DNA of 64,000 nucleotides, from positions 7,686 through 71,685 of the forward strand of contig JBMLOR010000065.1 of the NCBI GenBank assembly GCA_049242865.1, given 5' to 3'. The stretch's first letter is position 1, and each line of letters begins with the position of its first letter. The position numbers and the translations under genes are program-made. Origin of the DNA: Chitinophagaceae bacterium. Its GTDB lineage: Bacteria; Bacteroidota; Bacteroidia; Chitinophagales; Chitinophagaceae. Shown piece after piece: positions 1 through 9,967 of the stretch. The notes beneath the pieces are model-generated. The model had not been told where the DNA came from, ran no database searches, and saw only the letters and a program-made list of their open reading frames with translations.

Positions 1-1532
1 AAATTAATAGTTGGAGGGGGTAAAATATTTACAACAACTGGTACTCTTACACTTTCTCCAAGTGGGCTTGTAAGTGAGGCATACCATGTTGTGCTACCAA
101 TATTACTGGTATTTGGTATTGGTGCTATGGTTGTACCATTTGTTATAGTTGGCGAAGTGTACCAAGTAATTGTACCTGCACCAGAAGCTTGTAATGCACT
201 AGCAGTGGAGTTTTGACAAAATTCTACTGGACTAACAACAGTTGGTTTTGTAATTACTGGTGTTGGTGAAACAATGATTTCTAAACTAGGATTTATACAC
301 CTGCCAGTACCCACACCAATTCCATTAACTTTATATGTTGTAGGATTTACATCTACAGTAGCAATTACGTTTGTACCAGTTGTTGTAGATAAATTTGTAG
401 GTGGGCTCCAAGTCCACGAAAACGATCCTCCATTTACAAGTTCTATATCAACGGGCGTTCCTGTAGGTTTTACAATTACACTACCCGATGGGTAAAAATT
501 TCCTTCATACCTAAACCCTGGCTGAGTAGCAGCAAATGCATCGTCTAAATCATTTTCATTTAAAACATACGCATAAGCAATACTAGTTTTTTCGCCAGGA
601 GCTAAAGTGCCAATTTCAAAAATCATTCCAATAGCAACATCACTTATACTCGAGTCTTTATAATTAAACGTAGTATTTAGCTTATTATACATATCTGCTA
701 AAGAGTTGCCTACAGGAAATAATCCACTACTAAGATAAAAAGGCACTGCCTTACAATCTTTACTACCTAAACCAACATAGGCATTTTTAAAACTTGTTCC
801 TGTAGAGGTTACTAAACTTTTTCCACTTGGGTTTGGTAAGCTAAAAGCAATTTTATTTATTGTTCTGTAAATTGAGCTAAACTGTACATCACAATCAGCA
901 TCAACAGTTCGTAAGTAATAAATATTATCAATAGCACTTGTAGTGTTGTTAGTAAATTCAACATTAATAATAAAATAGCTTTTGTTGGCACTTAGCGTTA
1001 CTGTTTGCTTGATGTTTAGATTGCTATTGTATATACCTTCCCAAACACTTGTAGATAAATTTGATGCATTAGTATATGAGGTTAAATTGCCAGTTAAGTT
1101 ACCTTCATAACCCCCAGATGCAGAAGTGCTTTTGCTATAATTATTGCTATAAGCATCTGCCCTGCTAGCTGTGCCTGCTTGCACACTCCATCCCTCTTGC
1201 ACTGTTCCAGGCATAAAATAATCGCCAAAATATTCTGGAGCACCTACAGTAAATCCATCTTTACCATAATCTGCAACAAAACCTAAAGCTTTTGGTCTTG
1301 AAGTTCTTGAGTTGTCGAATGGGTTAGTTAAACTTGAAGAACCTGGAGTAGGGCGTGGAAAATACCCTTGGCCAATAGGAACATCTTGAGGGGTTCCGAA
1401 TGCACCATTTGGAGCAACACCAACTTGTATAAAATTACCTTGTAAAAAATGACAACCTTGAAATGATTGTGCCTTTATATAAGTGTAACTTAATATTAAT
1501 AGAAAGAATATGCTGAATTTTCGAAGTAACAT
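1..1532 (-). CDS. Large secreted cell-surface (adhesin / T9SS-cargo-like) protein, N-terminal ~510 aa only; the CDS continues beyond the window edge
   Basis: Hand reverse-translation from the ATG at 1532..1530 gives MLLRKFSIFFLLILSYTYIKAQSFQGCHF..., a signal-peptide-like start. The next 510 codons have no stop down to position 3. The ORF track omits it because it has no in-window stop. The distal part carries an Ig-like module (EFCQNSTASALQASGAGTITWYTSP...GSTTWYASLTSPLGES). Confidence 0.75.
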   Translation of the reverse strand, partial: MLLRKFSIFFLLILSYTYIKAQSFQGCHFLQGNFIQVGVAPNGAFGTPQDVPIGQGYFPRPTPGSSSLTNPFDNSRTSRPKALGFVADYGKDGFTVGAPEYFGDYFMPGTVQEGWSVQAGTASRADAYSNNYSKSTSASGGYEGNLTGNLTSYTNASNLSTSVWEGIYNSNLNIKQTVTLSANKSYFIINVEFTNNTTSAIDNIYYLRTVDADCDVQFSSIYRTINKIAFSLPNPSGKSLVTSTGTSFKNAYVGLGSKDCKAVPFYLSSGLFPVGNSLADMYNKLNTTFNYKDSSISDVAIGMIFEIGTLAPGEKTSIAYAYVLNENDLDDAFAATQPGFRYEGNFYPSGSVIVKPTGTPVDIELVNGGSFSWTWSPPTNLSTTTGTNVIATVDVNPTTYKVNGIGVGTGRCINPSLEIIVSPTPVITKPTVVSPVEFCQNSTASALQASGAGTITWYTSPTITNGTTIAPIPNTSNIGSTTWYASLTSPLGESVRVPVVVNILPPPTIN

Positions 1533-1644
1533 TTGCTTGGTTTGAAATATTATTACTGTAAGGTGAAATTAAGTGTTTATTGAATAAATACGAACGAAAA
1601 TTGAATTTTATAATTTAAATAACATTTTGTTTAATTATTTGTTC

Positions 1645-4092
1645 TTACTTTTTTTGACTTTTTAGTTTATCTAAAACGGCTTGCTTTTGTTTAGCACTTA
1701 AATTGCTTTTTGTAACTAACTTATTAAGTTGCCACGATATCGCTAGCCTAAAATTTCTTGTATTACTATTATTAAAACTTTCTACTCTAAAGTTACTTGC
1801 AGTGGTAATGGTTGTAAATTGTTGTGTAATTATGGGGTCAATAATATTTAAACTTACTTGTAATCTTTTATCAAAAAATCGATGTTGTAATCCAATATTC
1901 ATCGATAAATTACTTCTGCTACGTCCTTGGGGATCTGCAAATTGTGCATAGCGAATATTGCCATCAATTGTAAACACACTATTAGGCGTATATCCAAAAT
2001 TTATTGCTGTAGCAATATTATTGCCATCTTGATAACGATACAATTTTTTTTCAATTTCACTATATAAGTTTCTCGAATAGTTGATGCTTGTATTTAGCCT
2101 AAATTTTTTGCTAAACGTATAACCTCCCCAAATTCCAGCTTCATATTCTTGCCTTGTTGCAATATTTACAAAGCTTACTTGTGTTTTGTAATCAGGGGTT
2201 AATGTTCTTATACGGTTTATAACATCGTTAACAATATTATAACCCACATTAAAATTCATATAAAATTTTCCCTTGGTTAAGCTAGCATTTATATCAAAAT
2301 TGTGCGATTTGCTAGGACTAAGATTTGGGTTTCCGAAACGAATATTATAGGGGTCGCTAAAATCAATATTAGGATTCATTTCTCCAATATTAGGTCGTCG
2401 TAAAGCTGCTCTATAAACCATGTTTAAGTTAAATGATTTGCTAAAGTCTTGCCTCAAGGTTACATTGGGTAAAACATTCCAATAGTTGTTGCTTACGTTG
2501 CTAGCATTGCCTTTTATGAAATTAAAACTGTTAATGGTTTGCTCTGCTTGTACACTAGCAATTAATTTTAATTTTTTATTTAATGGAATAGTTGCACCAA
2601 ATCTTGCAGTTAAAATATCTTGCCTAAATTTAAAATTGTTGCTTAATAAATCGCTCAATACATATTGGTTGATGGTTTTATTTAAATAATTAGTGTTTAG
2701 TTGGTTATGGTCTTCGCCAGTATTAAAAGTTATGCCAGTGCTAATAATAGCTTTTAAAAGTTTTATGGGTTTGTCATAACTCAATCTTAAAAAAGCAGAT
2801 TTATTGTAGCTGTCGTACAATTGATTTTGAAAACTATCTACTCCTGTTGGATTAAAGTTTCCTGTGAGATATTGTTGGTAAAAATCTCTATCGTTGTCGT
2901 TTTTGCCAATATTTCCACCAATAATTAGTCTAAAAACTTCAGCAGCATTTTTTCCTTTTTTAGTATAGCTAAAATTGATATTATGATTGTATCCTAACCC
3001 ATCACTTACATTGTTTCTGGTACTGCTTTTATAAGCAATTTTTTGTGCATTGATGTTTGTAAATTGATTAAAGCTTTGATTGGTAAAATTGTTAAGATTG
3101 CCTTGGTAGGTAAAGTTTATGGTTTGATTTTTCTTTAAGTCATAGTTCACTTGCACACGAGCATTGGGGCGAGTATTAATATTTTTAAAATTTCCATCCG
3201 TGTTAAAATAATTACTACTATCTGTAAAAAAATTTTCACGTTTGCTGTAGCTGTTACCCACTAGCTGACTATAGTTTGCACCTGCAATAACGTTGTAAGA
3301 AAATCCTTTGTTTCTGTAACCATAATTTCCTGTAAGGCCTCCTTCACCTCTAGTGCCTCCTGATAAAGTTATTTTTCCTGTACTTCCAATTTTACCTTTC
3401 TTGGTTACAATGTTTATTACACCACCTTCTTCAGTTGCATATTCAGGTGGCGGATTGGTCATTAATTCAATTTTTTCGATACTGCTTCCGGGTAAACTTT
3501 CTAATAAATCTTTAAGTTGATCGGCATTAAGTTCTACGGGTTTGTCATCAATTAAAATTTTTGGCTCTTTACCTTTTAGTAAAATTTTGCCATTTGGGTC
3601 GTTGCTTACCAATGGCATACTTTTAAGCAATTCACTTGTTGTAGAGCCACTACTTAGTGCACTTTCGCCAACGTTGTAAATAATTTTACCGTCCTTGTTT
3701 TCAATCAAGGGTTTTTCGGCATATACAATTACTTCGTTTAAGTTTTGTGAACTTTCTTGTAGTTTAATATCGCCTAAATTAAAATCAAATCTTTCAGCCC
3801 TAATATTTAAACTGTCAATGGTAAGACTCGAAAAACCTATTGCTTTAATGGTTAAGGTATACCATCCAAAGCTAATTTTATCTATTTCAAATAACCCATT
3901 TTTGTCTGTTATACTCGTGTAAAAAAATAAGCTATCTTGTAGTTTAGTTAGTTTTATAGTAGCATTTTCAATTGGTTTTTGGTTTTGTGCATGTATTACG
4001 TTGCCCATAACAATGCCCCCTAAATTTGTTTTTTGAGCGTTGCTAATAATTAATAAAAAAGCAAAAAGGAATGAAAATAAAAACCTTAGCAT
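1645..4092 (-). CDS. TonB-dependent outer-membrane receptor (CarboxypepD_reg-like N-domain, plug, beta-barrel)
   Basis: Track ORF is 1645..4170. I place the start at the internal ATG 4092, which gives the signal peptide MLRFLFSFLFAFLLIISNAQ. ENATIKL...DKNGLFEI...YTLTIKAIGFSS is a carboxypeptidase-regulatory-like fold and VIVYAEKPLIENKDGKIIYNV is the plug region. A long Asn/Tyr/Gly-rich barrel follows. Confidence 0.8.
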   Translation of the reverse strand: MLRFLFSFLFAFLLIISNAQKTNLGGIVMGNVIHAQNQKPIENATIKLTKLQDSLFFYTSITDKNGLFEIDKISFGWYTLTIKAIGFSSLTIDSLNIRAERFDFNLGDIKLQESSQNLNEVIVYAEKPLIENKDGKIIYNVGESALSSGSTTSELLKSMPLVSNDPNGKILLKGKEPKILIDDKPVELNADQLKDLLESLPGSSIEKIELMTNPPPEYATEEGGVINIVTKKGKIGSTGKITLSGGTRGEGGLTGNYGYRNKGFSYNVIAGANYSQLVGNSYSKRENFFTDSSNYFNTDGNFKNINTRPNARVQVNYDLKKNQTINFTYQGNLNNFTNQSFNQFTNINAQKIAYKSSTRNNVSDGLGYNHNINFSYTKKGKNAAEVFRLIIGGNIGKNDNDRDFYQQYLTGNFNPTGVDSFQNQLYDSYNKSAFLRLSYDKPIKLLKAIISTGITFNTGEDHNQLNTNYLNKTINQYVLSDLLSNNFKFRQDILTARFGATIPLNKKLKLIASVQAEQTINSFNFIKGNASNVSNNYWNVLPNVTLRQDFSKSFNLNMVYRAALRRPNIGEMNPNIDFSDPYNIRFGNPNLSPSKSHNFDINASLTKGKFYMNFNVGYNIVNDVINRIRTLTPDYKTQVSFVNIATRQEYEAGIWGGYTFSKKFRLNTSINYSRNLYSEIEKKLYRYQDGNNIATAINFGYTPNSVFTIDGNIRYAQFADPQGRSRSNLSMNIGLQHRFFDKRLQVSLNIIDPIITQQFTTITTASNFRVESFNNSNTRNFRLAISWQLNKLVTKSNLSAKQKQAVLDKLKSQKK

Positions 4093-4303
4093 ATTGCAAA
4101 ATAAGGTAAACTTATTGGTTGCCATATCAATTTGTACGAATGGCAAAACCCTACTATACCAAACGTTCATACACTTATCTTCGCAGCCAAATTTTCAAGT
4201 TATTATTCATTAGTAATTTGAAAATTTGAAATCATATTTCTAACATAGCGAATAATACATAAAAATTAATCGTACATCGTAATTCATAAATTGTAAATAA
4301 AAA

Positions 4304-6913
4304 ATGACTGCTGCTCAAATACGACAAGCCTATTTAGATTTTTTTAAAAGTAAAGGTCATGATATTGTACCTAGTGCTCCAATAGTTGTAAAAAACGATC
4401 CTACTTTAATGTTTACCAATGCTGGTATGAACCAGTTTAAAGATTATTTCTTAGGAAATCGTGTGCCAACAAATCCTCGAATTGCCGATACCCAAAAGTG
4501 CTTACGTGTTAGTGGCAAGCATAACGATTTAGAAGAAGTGGGCGTTGATACTTACCACCACACCATGTTTGAAATGTTGGGTAACTGGAGCTTTGGAGAT
4601 TATTTTAAACCTGAAGCTATTGCTTGGAGTTGGGAATTTTTGACAGAAGTTTTAAAACTAGATAAAAATAAATTATACGTTACCATTTTTGAAGGCGATG
4701 AAAAAGAAGGTTTGCCAAAAGATACTGAAGCCTACAACGAATGGAAAAAAGTAATTGCCGAAGACAGAATTTTATTGGGCAATAAAAAAGATAATTTTTG
4801 GGAAATGGGCGACACAGGCCCATGTGGACCATGCACTGAAATTCATGTTGATTGCAGAACTGATGAAGAAAGAAAACAAGTTGATGGTGCTAGTTTGGTA
4901 AACAATGATCATCCACAAGTAATTGAAATTTGGAATAACGTTTTCATTCAATTTAATAGAAAAAAAGATGGAAGCCTAGAGCAATTACCAGCCAAACACG
5001 TAGATACAGGAATGGGTTTTGAACGTTTGGTGCGTGTAATGCAAGGCAAAACCAGTAACTACGATACTGATGTGTTTACAGGAACTATTGACGCTGTTGA
5101 AAAAATTACAAATAAAAAATACGATTTTAGCGATAGCAAACAAGCCGTAGCTTTTAGAGTTTTGGCAGATCATATTCGTGCTATTTGTTTTACAATTGCC
5201 GATGGACAATTGCCTTCAAACACAGGAGCAGGCTATGTTATACGAAGAGTTTTGCGTAGAGCTGTTCGTTATTATTTTACTTATTTAGAGTATAAACAAC
5301 CTTTGTTGCAACAGTTAGTGCCAGTTTTGGCAAAACAGTTCGAAACAGTTTTTCCAGAATTAATATCTCAACAAGATTTTGTTACTAAAGTGGTTCACGA
5401 AGAAGAAGAGGCTTTTTTGAGAACCTTAGAAAAAGGTTTGAAAAGGTTAGATGATATTATTGCATCTGCCAACAAAACTATTGATGGTAAAGCAGCTTTT
5501 GAATTATTTGATACCTATGGTTTTCCTATCGACCTTACAAGATTAATTGCTAGTGAAAATAATTTAACTGTTGATGAAGCAGGTTTTGAAACTTCATTAA
5601 AAGAACAAAAAGATAGAAGCCGTGCAGCAACTGCTATTGATGCTGAAGATTGGATTGTAGTAAACGATATACCTGATAGTAAGTTTATTGGTTACACACA
5701 TTTGCAAACAACTACTAAAATTGTTAAGTATCGTAAAGTAAAATCTAAAGGTAAAGAAGCCTATCAAATTGTATTAGCAGAAACACCTTTTTATGCAGAA
5801 AGTGGTGGGCAAGTAGGCGATAATGGTCAGTTAATTATTGATGATTTTAAGTTGGATGTAATTGATACAAAAAAAGAAAATAACCTATACATTCATTTTG
5901 TAGAAAACATTCCTGCTGGGTTTAGTTTTGAAGGTGAAGTTTTGGCTGCAGTCGACTTCAACCTTAGAAAAGAAACTACCAACAACCATTCCTCTACACA
6001 TTTACTTCATGCTGCTTTAAGGCAAGTTTTGGGCACACATGTGGCTCAAAAAGGTAGTTTGTGTAATAACGAACATTTGCGTTTCGACTTTTCTCATTTT
6101 GCAAAAGTTACCGACGAAGAAATTGTAGCCATTGAAACATTGGTGAATCAAAAAATTCGTGAAAATGTACCCGTAATTATCAAAGAAATGAGTAAAGATG
6201 AAGCTATTGCGTTGGGTGCTATGGCTTTGTTTGGCGAAAAATATGGCGATAAAGTTCGTGTGGTAATTATGGACGAAAAATATAGCATTGAACTTTGTGG
6301 AGGAACTCATGTTGGCTTCACAGGAGAGTTGGGTTATTTTAAAATTAAGCACGAAACTGCCGTAGCTGCTGGTGTTCGCAGAATTGAAGCTGTAAGTGGT
6401 AAAGCTGCTGAAGCTTATATTGAAAAAGCTTTTGCCGATTTGCATATTGTAAAAACTTTATTTAATAATCCTAAAGAATTAATTAAGCAAATAGAAAATA
6501 CACTTGCAGAAAATAAAGAACTTAAAAAGAAAATTGAAAGCTTAGAGGCAAAACAATTACAAGCTTTAAAAGCAGAATTATTTACAAAGGTTGAAACAAT
6601 AAATGGAATTTCTTTTGTTGGTCAGCAAGTTGAAGTTTCTAATGCCGATGGTTTAAAAAAGTTAGCTTCCGAATTATCAAGTTCAGCCGAAGTTGTTGTG
6701 TTGGCAGCTAATGTAAATGGTAAACCATCTATTGCTATAGCATTGAGTGAAACTATTGTTGCAAAGGGTTTGGAGGCTCCAAAAATTATAAAAGAGCATA
6801 TTACACCAATTATTAAAGGTGGTGGTGGTGGACAAAAAACTTTAGCAACAGCAGGTGGCCAAGATGCGAGCAACTTAGATAAAGTTATTGAAGTAGTTAA
6901 AGGCTTGTTGTAA
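4304..6913 (+). CDS. alaS: Alanine--tRNA ligase
   Basis: 869 aa. It has the class II AlaRS N-terminus MTAAQIRQAYLDFFKSKGH, the FTNAGMNQFK motif, the editing-domain motif NNHSSTHLLHAAL, and a C-terminal GGGGGQ DHHA1-like end. Confidence 0.97.
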   Translation: MTAAQIRQAYLDFFKSKGHDIVPSAPIVVKNDPTLMFTNAGMNQFKDYFLGNRVPTNPRIADTQKCLRVSGKHNDLEEVGVDTYHHTMFEMLGNWSFGDYFKPEAIAWSWEFLTEVLKLDKNKLYVTIFEGDEKEGLPKDTEAYNEWKKVIAEDRILLGNKKDNFWEMGDTGPCGPCTEIHVDCRTDEERKQVDGASLVNNDHPQVIEIWNNVFIQFNRKKDGSLEQLPAKHVDTGMGFERLVRVMQGKTSNYDTDVFTGTIDAVEKITNKKYDFSDSKQAVAFRVLADHIRAICFTIADGQLPSNTGAGYVIRRVLRRAVRYYFTYLEYKQPLLQQLVPVLAKQFETVFPELISQQDFVTKVVHEEEEAFLRTLEKGLKRLDDIIASANKTIDGKAAFELFDTYGFPIDLTRLIASENNLTVDEAGFETSLKEQKDRSRAATAIDAEDWIVVNDIPDSKFIGYTHLQTTTKIVKYRKVKSKGKEAYQIVLAETPFYAESGGQVGDNGQLIIDDFKLDVIDTKKENNLYIHFVENIPAGFSFEGEVLAAVDFNLRKETTNNHSSTHLLHAALRQVLGTHVAQKGSLCNNEHLRFDFSHFAKVTDEEIVAIETLVNQKIRENVPVIIKEMSKDEAIALGAMALFGEKYGDKVRVVIMDEKYSIELCGGTHVGFTGELGYFKIKHETAVAAGVRRIEAVSGKAAEAYIEKAFADLHIVKTLFNNPKELIKQIENTLAENKELKKKIESLEAKQLQALKAELFTKVETINGISFVGQQVEVSNADGLKKLASELSSSAEVVVLAANVNGKPSIAIALSETIVAKGLEAPKIIKEHITPIIKGGGGGQKTLATAGGQDASNLDKVIEVVKGLL

Positions 6914-6955
6914 TTTTTTTAAGTAATTTTATACTAATTATTTAAAATTAATACT

Positions 6956-7393
6956 ATGGCAAATTACAATGCAAGTTCAAAAGAAGTAGTTAACGCTATC
7001 ATTAAAATTATAGTAGCACTTTTTGTAATTATTTTACTTTGGATGTTTGGTTATCCAAGATATCGAGTTTGGCAACAAGGTTTAGAGGGCGAAGCAGAAC
7101 TTAAACGAGCTGAGCAAAATAGAAAAATTGCTGTGCAAGAAGCTGAGGCAAAAAAAGAAGCTGCAAAAAGCTTGGCCGATGCCGAAATTATTCGTGCTGA
7201 AGGTGTTGCAAAAGCAAATGCTATAATTGGAAATTCTTTAAAAGGAAACGAAGATTATTTGCGTTATCTATGGATTGATAACTTAGAAAAAAATCCAAAT
7301 GCAGTAATTTATATTCCTACCGAGGCGGGTTTACCAATTTTAGAAAGTCAGCGTTTAAACAAACTTAAAAATATAGAACCGGCCATAAAATAG
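6956..7393 (+). CDS. Small membrane-anchored coiled-coil protein resembling the C-terminal part of SPFH/band-7 (HflC/K-like) proteins
   Basis: 145 aa. One N-terminal TM (IIKIIVALFVIILLWMFGY) is followed by an Ala/Glu/Lys-rich helix AELKRAEQNRKIAVQEAEAKKEAAKSLADAEIIRAEGVAKANAIIG and a YLRYLWIDNL...VIYIPTE tail. This resembles the post-SPFH region of band-7 proteins. It starts 42 bp after alaS. Confidence 0.4.
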   Translation: MANYNASSKEVVNAIIKIIVALFVIILLWMFGYPRYRVWQQGLEGEAELKRAEQNRKIAVQEAEAKKEAAKSLADAEIIRAEGVAKANAIIGNSLKGNEDYLRYLWIDNLEKNPNAVIYIPTEAGLPILESQRLNKLKNIEPAIK

Positions 7394-7448
7394 CATAATT
7401 TTTACCGTAACTAGCCATTGCATTTCTTTATATTCGTTCACAAAAAAA

Positions 7449-9857
7449 ATGAATATGAAGTTTAAATTCCTGTTGTGTTTTATTGTTGCTTTTTTTCAAT
7501 TAGTAGCACAAGATGCAATAAATTATCAGTTGCCGCCAAAGCAAATGGCTGATTTGTTGTTGGCAAAGCCAACCCCAAGTGTTAGTATTGATAGTAAAGC
7601 TAATTGGATGTTGCTTAGCGAACGTAACAGCTATCCAAGTGTTGAGGAATTGGCAATGCCCGAACTTAGAATTGCAGGGTTAAGAATTAATCCCAACAAC
7701 TACAGTTTAAGCAGGCAAAACTTTATTAATAATTTCACATTACAACTAATTTCTACAAAGAAAAATTTTGTAATTGCTGGCTTGCCAAGTCCTTTGCTTG
7801 CAGGTGCTGTAAGTTGGAGTCCAAACGAAACAAAAATTGCATTTACACAAACCAACCAAAAAACAGTTGATTTATATGTAATCGATGTTGCTACACAAAA
7901 AGCAACTAAAATAAATAAGCAGCCATTAAATGCTGTTTTAGGTGGCTCTTATACTTGGATGGATGAAAATACCTTAGTGTATAAAGCAGCTGTAAAACCT
8001 GCAAGTGCTGCACCACCTAAACCATTAGCTCCAAAAGGTCCAACAGTGCAGCAAAGCTTAGGCAAAGCAGCACCAAATGCAACGTTGCAGGATTTAATTA
8101 AAAGTCCTTACGACGAAGATTTGTTCGAATTTTATGCAACAAGCCAATTAGTACAAACTAAAAATGGCGTAGAAACTGTTGTAGCAAAACCTGCTTTGTA
8201 TAGCAGTTATGTGGCTTCGCCAGATAAGAAATATTGGATGATTCGTACAATACAAAAGCCATTTAGTTATTTGGTAAGTGTTGGTGGTTTTCCTAGTAAA
8301 GTTGCTATTCATGATGCTAGTGGTAAGTTTATAAAATTAATTGCCGATTTGCCAAGCACCGAGGTAAAACCAAGTGGATACGATAATGTACAAAATGTTC
8401 CAAGAGCTTTTGATTGGCGAGACGATGAACCTGCTACTATTACATGGTGTATGCCTTTGGATAGTGGGTTAATTAAAAAGCCTATGGAGTTTCATGATGC
8501 TGTATATACATTGTCTGCTCCATTTTCTGGCGAAGCCAAAGAGCTTTTTAAAACTAAAATGCGTTTTAGAGGCGTACAATGGGGTAACGAAAATTTGGCA
8601 TTAATACAAGAAGGAAGTCAGTCAAAACAAATGGTAAAAATTAGTCACTTTAACCCAACAACTAATGATGTTAAAGTTTTGTACGAAAAGCCAAGTACCG
8701 ATGCCTATAGTTTTCCTGGAAACCCAGTAACCACAAAAAATAAATTTGGAAGAGATGTTATTCAAACAACTGATAATGGAACAAAAATTTTAGTAAACAA
8801 TACTACTGGTTCATCACCTAAAGGCGATTTGCCATTTTTGGCAAAATGGGATATTGCTACAGGTAATAATGAAATTATTTGGCGTTGCCAAGATGGTGCA
8901 TTCGAATTTGTAACTGAAGTTTTAGACGCTAATAAACTCACTTTATTGGTACGAAAAGAAAATAAAACAACGCCACCAAATTATTTTATAAAAGATTTAA
9001 TGCTAAAAATTGCCGACAGGCAGTTAACCAATTTTGCTAATCCTTATGCTCTTTTAGATGGTGTAAGTAAAGAGCAAATAAAATACAAACGTGCCGATGG
9101 GGTAGATTTAACTGCTACCTTGTATTTGCCAAAAGGTTATAATAAAGAAAAAGATGGGCCTTTGCCTGTATTTATGTGGGCTTATCCTCGTGAGTTTCAA
9201 AATGCAGCAGATGCAGCTCAAATAAGAGGAAGTCAAAATAGGTTTACAACAATTAGTTGGGGTTCGCCAATATTTTTTGTAACTCAAGGTTTTGCTGTTT
9301 TGGATAATGCCGAAATGCCAATTGTAAGTACAGATGCAAATAAAAAGCCTAACGACGATTTTATTAATCAATTAAAATTAAATGCCGAAGCTGCTATTAA
9401 TAAAGTTAGCGAAATGGGGGTGGGTGATAAAAATAAAGTAGCTGTTGGTGGCCATAGTTATGGTGCATTTATGACTGCTAATTTATTGGCACACACTAAT
9501 TTGTTTAAAGCAGGTTTAGCTCGTAGTGGTGCCTATAATAGAACACTTACGCCATTTGGTTTTCAAAACGAAGAACGTACTTATTGGCAAGCTCCACAAT
9601 TGTATTACGAAATGAGTCCATTTAGTTATGCCAATAAAATTAAAACACCACTCTTGTTAATTCATGGCGATGCTGATAATAATCCTGGAACTTTTCCTAT
9701 TAACAGTGAAAGATTATATAATGCTATAAAAGGTAATGGAGGAACTGTAAGATATGTGAGTTTGCCATTTGAGTCACACGGTTACAGTGGACGTGAAAAT
9801 ATTTTACACATGCTTTGGGAAATGAATAGTTGGTTAGAGAAATATGTAAAGAAGTAA
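7449..9857 (+). CDS. Secreted prolyl-oligopeptidase-family (S9) serine peptidase with N-terminal propeller-like region
   Basis: 802 aa with signal peptide MNMKFKFLLCFIVAFFQLVAQ. The C-terminal alpha/beta hydrolase has GGHSYGAFM (Ser), LLIHGDADNN (Asp) and FESHGY (His) in S9 order. Confidence 0.8.
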   Translation: MNMKFKFLLCFIVAFFQLVAQDAINYQLPPKQMADLLLAKPTPSVSIDSKANWMLLSERNSYPSVEELAMPELRIAGLRINPNNYSLSRQNFINNFTLQLISTKKNFVIAGLPSPLLAGAVSWSPNETKIAFTQTNQKTVDLYVIDVATQKATKINKQPLNAVLGGSYTWMDENTLVYKAAVKPASAAPPKPLAPKGPTVQQSLGKAAPNATLQDLIKSPYDEDLFEFYATSQLVQTKNGVETVVAKPALYSSYVASPDKKYWMIRTIQKPFSYLVSVGGFPSKVAIHDASGKFIKLIADLPSTEVKPSGYDNVQNVPRAFDWRDDEPATITWCMPLDSGLIKKPMEFHDAVYTLSAPFSGEAKELFKTKMRFRGVQWGNENLALIQEGSQSKQMVKISHFNPTTNDVKVLYEKPSTDAYSFPGNPVTTKNKFGRDVIQTTDNGTKILVNNTTGSSPKGDLPFLAKWDIATGNNEIIWRCQDGAFEFVTEVLDANKLTLLVRKENKTTPPNYFIKDLMLKIADRQLTNFANPYALLDGVSKEQIKYKRADGVDLTATLYLPKGYNKEKDGPLPVFMWAYPREFQNAADAAQIRGSQNRFTTISWGSPIFFVTQGFAVLDNAEMPIVSTDANKKPNDDFINQLKLNAEAAINKVSEMGVGDKNKVAVGGHSYGAFMTANLLAHTNLFKAGLARSGAYNRTLTPFGFQNEERTYWQAPQLYYEMSPFSYANKIKTPLLLIHGDADNNPGTFPINSERLYNAIKGNGGTVRYVSLPFESHGYSGRENILHMLWEMNSWLEKYVKK

Positions 9858-9896
9858 TTGTTTTTTAAACACTAGATAGCATATATTTATCTTTTT

Positions 9897-9945
9897 AAAC
9901 GGTTGTTGTTTATAATTGTATTGTAAATGGCAGCCGTTTTATTTG
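9897..9945 (+). terminator. Possible terminator hairpin after the S9 peptidase gene
   Basis: AAACGGTTG (9897-9905) pairs with CAGCCGTTT (9931-9939), 9 bp including one G-U. It is followed by TTATTT. The 25-nt loop is long for an intrinsic terminator. Confidence 0.3.
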
Positions 9946-9967
9946 TAAACATGTTAAATTTTTTTAT

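Noticed and set aside
274-495. 73-aa plus-strand ORF in the track
   Set aside because: It lies entirely antisense to the long uninterrupted minus-strand ORF (1..1532), which has a signal peptide and a sensible domain composition. The plus-strand product is a hydrophobic, Val/Thr/Pro-rich mirror-frame artefact.
4171-4303. Leader or attenuator element upstream of alaS
   Set aside because: No convincing stem-loops or T-box-like specifier/antiterminator features are visible, and T-box control is not expected in Bacteroidota.
6017-6445. 142-aa minus-strand ORF inside alaS
   Set aside because: It is antisense to a highly conserved housekeeping gene and has Phe/Asn/Ser-rich junk composition. The same reasoning applies to the other short antisense track ORFs inside alaS.
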